Shown: piece by piece, positions 35,433 through 38,860 of the stretch
Numbering within the stretch: position 1 is the stretch's first letter
How the letters are laid out: every line of letters begins with the position of its first letter
Origin: a virus
Lineage: Duplodnaviria > Heunggongvirae > Uroviricota > Caudoviricetes
IMG/VR virus record: IMGVR_UViG_2713896899_000004
Reading direction: 5' to 3' (one strand)
Length of the DNA stretch: 38,860 bases
Program-made: the position numbers and the translations under genes
The notes under the pieces: generated by a model
Database searches by the model: none
Told to the model about the DNA's origin: nothing
What the model saw: the letters and a program-made list of their open reading frames with translations, nothing else

Positions 35433-36526
35433 CAAAGCAGTTTGAGACTATTGGAAAGGATCTCAATCATCTTGATATTTTCAGGCGTCAAATTCTGCGA
35501 AAGTTCAGTTATCTTGTTGATAATGTTCTGTTTAGCATCAATTTCCCCGGCTTTCTCATCTGGTTTTTTGGGTTCGATGTCTTCAGGTTTTGGCGGTGCG
35601 ACTTTAAGTTTTGGATTGCGGCTATGAATCTGGATATAGATCGACCGCCCTCGCTTAATCTCGCTGTATTCGAGATAGCCCAAATCTTGGAGAGCTTTTA
35701 AGCCGTTACGTATAGTCTGATTCTGCGAGCTTACATTCCTGCTACTCAAATTGAGTCGCGCACGCAATCGAGCAAGCGATACCGGCGCAGGCTTGGTTGG
35801 AAGACTTTCGATGAAGGTGTACAGAGCCTGTGCTGTTTCTTTGCGTGGTAGCTTATTGATAACCTTTAACTGCAAAAGAACCTTATGGTCAAAGCGATAT
35901 AGTTCGGCCAGCTTCGGTTCTGCATAGAACACCACCGTATCTTTCTGCTCGTTGTAGTCCACGCTATTGATGAGGTGCACCATCAGAAGCGAGATCTTGT
36001 TAGAGCCGTCGACGTTCTTTTCTTCATACGTTCTCTGGAAAGACAGAGTTGTACGCATGATCTTCAAAAGACTGTTTGTAAGCCGGTCGCGGAGTGTTTT
36101 GCGGATCTGTGACGATGGATAGCCACAAAACTTCGCAAATTTCGTGATGCTTAACTCGACACGACCGTTAGGTTCGCCGTATTCTGCCAGCGAACGCACA
36201 ACGCCCACCCACGTTTTGAAATCATGATCCATGTCGAGACGAGGACCGGTTATCTTGATATCGGAATAGCCTTCAGAACGGGCTACTTCGAGCTGAACAA
36301 GCTCCTTTGAAGCATCGATCTCATTTGGCTTGTTACGCTTGCTGTATTTTGTCCCCTTGAGCGTGGGCACGAACAACCCCAGCCGCATCAACGCAATTGG
36401 TTGGACTGTATTGTTGCTATTAGGGACAAGTTCCCCTGTGTACAATTCAAGGGAACCTTCTTCAAAGTTGTCGAGATTATCTTCTACTTCTTTGTTATTT
36501 TTACCTTTTTTATTTTTTGTGGACAT
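35432..36526 (-). CDS. Iteron-binding replication initiator (Rep, plasmid RepA-like)
   Basis: Gene sits between two iteron arrays. Start set at internal ATG (36526) with RBS aaagg, because the track's 40-aa N-terminal extension reads through iterons. Basic protein, Arg/Leu-rich C-terminus. Confidence 0.6.
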   Translation of the reverse strand: MSTKNKKGKNNKEVEDNLDNFEEGSLELYTGELVPNSNNTVQPIALMRLGLFVPTLKGTKYSKRNKPNEIDASKELVQLEVARSEGYSDIKITGPRLDMDHDFKTWVGVVRSLAEYGEPNGRVELSITKFAKFCGYPSSQIRKTLRDRLTNSLLKIMRTTLSFQRTYEEKNVDGSNKISLLMVHLINSVDYNEQKDTVVFYAEPKLAELYRFDHKVLLQLKVINKLPRKETAQALYTFIESLPTKPAPVSLARLRARLNLSSRNVSSQNQTIRNGLKALQDLGYLEYSEIKRGRSIYIQIHSRNPKLKVAPPKPEDIEPKKPDEKAGEIDAKQNIINKITELSQNLTPENIKMIEILSNSLKLL

Positions 36527-36545
36527 GTGGACACCTTTGTCATTC

Positions 36546-36648
36546 AACCGCTGACAGCATACTTGATTTGCCGCTGGCAGCATACCAAAAACAGTTGGCA
36601 GCATACGGCGAACCGTTGACAGACTATCAATTACCGCTGGCAGCATAC
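36546..36648. repeat. Iteron array, 4-5 copies of the same 17-bp repeat, upstream of rep (origin iterons)
   Basis: Copies at 36546, 36569, 36592 (degenerate), 36611 (degenerate) and 36632. Confidence 0.75.
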
Positions 36649-36688
36649 ATGAACATGGCTTCAGACCAGTCGTGGCGCGGCTTACAGC

Positions 36689-36770
36689 GATCGGGGATCT
36701 TATTTGATCTATACAAGGATCTATCTATGGATCTCTTTATTAGGATCTATCCTGTGGATATGTGAATAAT
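36689..36770. promoter_or_regulatory. Origin-associated GATC cluster (six GATC in about 60 bp, five GGATCT-type heptamers) plus DnaA-box-like tgtggatat
   Basis: GATC at 36689, 36696, 36706, 36718, 36729 and 36744; tgtggatat (36754-36762) matches the DnaA box complement TGTGGATAA at 8 of 9 positions. Confidence 0.6.
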
Positions 36771-36847
36771 TAAAACAGGCATTTACTACCTTCGGCGCAC
36801 CTGGTGGGTTATCGTTGCCTCGGCTAACAATCACAGAAAAATGACAT

Positions 36848-37492
36848 ATGGATCTAAAACGCACGCGCTGGGTTCGTCGTCTTGAAGACGGCTCCTACAC
36901 TATCGAATCAAATTCCAACCTGAATAAGCAGAAGTTGCTTTGTGACATCTGCGGTATAGCGGCGAAGTGCCCGATCTACGAAACCAGAATTAAACTTGAT
37001 AAGGCTGGTGTGAATTTTCATTTAAACAGTTGCATCAGGTACGTTCCATTGCTCGCATTTCGTAAACCGATCATCGGATTGGATGCCCCCTACTTCAACA
37101 CACTCCGTTCAGGTGTGACGTGGCGAGATCGTTTATCACCAGACAAGCTGATTTGCCTTGTATCCGCAGACACAGGGAAAATCATCCGTTTTGGGAAAGT
37201 AGACAAGGTTTACTCAGGTCCAGTAGACGAAATGTTGCGGAAACACAGCCGGTTTAATCATCTCTGTATGGGTGGTGAGAAAATCGAAAAGGTGGAAGAA
37301 GTGATCCGTAAATCCTACGGACACTTCCTGACCAAAGATAGCCTGCTCACCGCAATCTACATCAGACATGTAAAACGTGAGTTCGACCTCGAATACCACA
37401 GTGAAGAAGAGCTTAACCTTGTTGACCCACGTCCAAAAGCTGGCGTCATAAGCATAAACGCAGCGCGTAAAAAGCCCACTGACGCGCTGTAA
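36848..37492 (+). CDS. Hypothetical protein
   Basis: 214-aa ORF; no motif recognised. Confidence 0.5.
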   Translation: MDLKRTRWVRRLEDGSYTIESNSNLNKQKLLCDICGIAAKCPIYETRIKLDKAGVNFHLNSCIRYVPLLAFRKPIIGLDAPYFNTLRSGVTWRDRLSPDKLICLVSADTGKIIRFGKVDKVYSGPVDEMLRKHSRFNHLCMGGEKIEKVEEVIRKSYGHFLTKDSLLTAIYIRHVKREFDLEYHSEEELNLVDPRPKAGVISINAARKKPTDAL

Positions 37493-37746
37493 CCCTCCAG
37501 ATCGCATATTGGCGTAGATAAAATCTACGCCTCCTCAAAATAGCTCTCATAGCGTTCTACAGTGATCCTGTCTTATTTTTAGTCATACAGACAAGCAAAA
37601 TTGCGCCACAATATATAGGTATATACTTACTTATAAATTTTGTATATTAAGACGCTCGTTTCATTTCTAACATACCGTTATGCATAGTTGTTTACCTTCT
37701 CATTGCTCTTAAAATTTGTATCAAAATAACCACAAAGGAAAAACAC

Positions 37747-38790
37747 ATGACTTTGCCATACGGCGTCATTTCTGACTGCCACTACCACAAATGGGATGCG
37801 TTCTCCACGACGAACGCTGAGGGGCTTAACTCCAGACTTGAAATACAGTTGGAAGCAACGAAAGAAGCAGCCATCGCCATGAAGAAGGCCGGTTGTAAGT
37901 ACATGTTGGTTGCCGGTGATACATTTCACGTCCGAGGAACTGTGTCCCCTTCTGTTTTGCATTACGTAACTGAAACGTACAAGTGGATTATCAACGAGCT
38001 TGATCTGACAGTAGTAATGCTGGCCGGTAATCACGATCTTGAAACCAACGATTCAGTATATAGCGCCAACGCAGCAGCATCGCTGAGTTCTATCGGCGTG
38101 GTAATCGTATGTGGCAAGCGCCCACACTCAATAAAAATTGGTGATGTGACTGTCCACCTGATTAGCTGGCGTAACAATCATGCGGAGCTTATCAGCGATC
38201 TGAAAGCATTACGTAAGAGCGTAGAAGGTGATAATCATGACGTTGTTATCCATACATCCATTAACAAAGCCATTCCAACAATGCCTGACGTCGGTATCGA
38301 TGCGCAGGAGTTAAAGGATATCGGCTTTCGTCTCGTGCTTAGTGGGCATTACCACAACCACAAAGAGGTCATTCCTGGAGTTATCAGTGTCGGTGCGCTG
38401 ACCCATCAAAATTGGGGAGATGTTGGATCTCTGGCTGGTTACATGATCGTAAACCCGGACGGCAGTTTCAGTCACTACGAAACCAGTGCGCCTAAATTCA
38501 TTAACCTGGAAGATTATGTTGCCGATGACCAAATTCGCGGCAACTACGTGCGTTTCCGCGCCGTAATTGAGAACGATGAAGAAGGCATTAAGTACCAGAA
38601 TATCCTCAAAACAATGGGCGCAAAAGGTGTCGTGTGCAACTTCATCCGTAAGTCATCAATGATGGAAGGGACAGCAAGCACAACGGAAACCAGCAAAATC
38701 GATAGCTTGGGAGAGTCGGTATCTGCTTATTGCAAGATTGTCCACGATACTGACGGCGGATTTGATCTGAGCAAGTTGGATATTTTGTAG
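37747..38790 (+). CDS. Calcineurin-like metallophosphoesterase (SbcD/Mre11-like nuclease family)
   Basis: Phosphoesterase motifs in order: DCHYH, AGDTFH, AGNHD, SGHYHNH; conserved aaaggaaaaacacATG start; stop codon lies inside the right TIR. Confidence 0.6.
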   Translation: MTLPYGVISDCHYHKWDAFSTTNAEGLNSRLEIQLEATKEAAIAMKKAGCKYMLVAGDTFHVRGTVSPSVLHYVTETYKWIINELDLTVVMLAGNHDLETNDSVYSANAAASLSSIGVVIVCGKRPHSIKIGDVTVHLISWRNNHAELISDLKALRKSVEGDNHDVVIHTSINKAIPTMPDVGIDAQELKDIGFRLVLSGHYHNHKEVIPGVISVGALTHQNWGDVGSLAGYMIVNPDGSFSHYETSAPKFINLEDYVADDQIRGNYVRFRAVIENDEEGIKYQNILKTMGAKGVVCNFIRKSSMMEGTASTTETSKIDSLGESVSAYCKIVHDTDGGFDLSKLDIL

Positions 38791-38860
38791 ACTGGCCCCC
38801 TGAATCTCCAGACAACCAATATCACTTAAATAAGTGATAGTCTTAATACTAGTTTTTAGA
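38788..38860. repeat. Right terminal inverted repeat (73 bp), partner of 4-76
   Basis: Same comparison; the stop codon of the last CDS (38788-38790) lies inside the repeat. Confidence 0.9.

Noticed and set aside
36527-36646. 40-codon N-terminal extension of the rep ORF in the six-frame track
   Set aside because: The extension is a read-through of iteron repeats with no RBS; an internal ATG at 36526 has a proper RBS and gives a typical basic N-terminus.

Overview
The window is bounded by perfect 73-bp inverted terminal repeats (4-76 and 38788-38860) and is almost entirely plus-strand coding, so it looks like one complete, compact mobile replicon of phage-plasmid type rather than a chromosomal segment. 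All calls rest on motifs and gene order read by eye; no homology search was possible. Content from left to right: a lysis cassette (membrane protein, putative endolysin, overlapping Rz/Rz1-like spanins); a ParA-type partition pair; an AT-rich membrane-protein pair; a replication block (DnaB-like helicase, zinc-ribbon/TOPRIM primase, ATP-dependent DNA ligase); three tRNA genes (Asn-GTT, Thr-TGT, Ser-TGA) in a hairpin-rich non-coding island; an AT-rich minus-strand membrane-anchored ORF; a glutaredoxin-like redoxin; a P4-type tyrosine integrase with a divergent HTH regulator; a vWA / AAA+ ATPase pair; a family-C DnaE polymerase; a recombination module (gp32-like SSB, 5'-3' exonuclease, RecA/UvsX-like recombinase); an SPFH lipoprotein; a P1-like iteron replicon (rep between two iteron arrays, with a GATC cluster and a DnaA-box-like site); and a calcineurin-type phosphoesterase abutting the right repeat. 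No terminase, portal, capsid or tail gene is recognisable, and every unassigned ORF is 274 aa or shorter. The most notable signals are the terminal repeats, the absence of virion genes alongside lysis, integration and replication functions, a dispersed ATAAGTA/TACTTAT dyad family upstream of operons, and the two AT-rich membrane-protein insertions as candidate defence or exclusion cargo.
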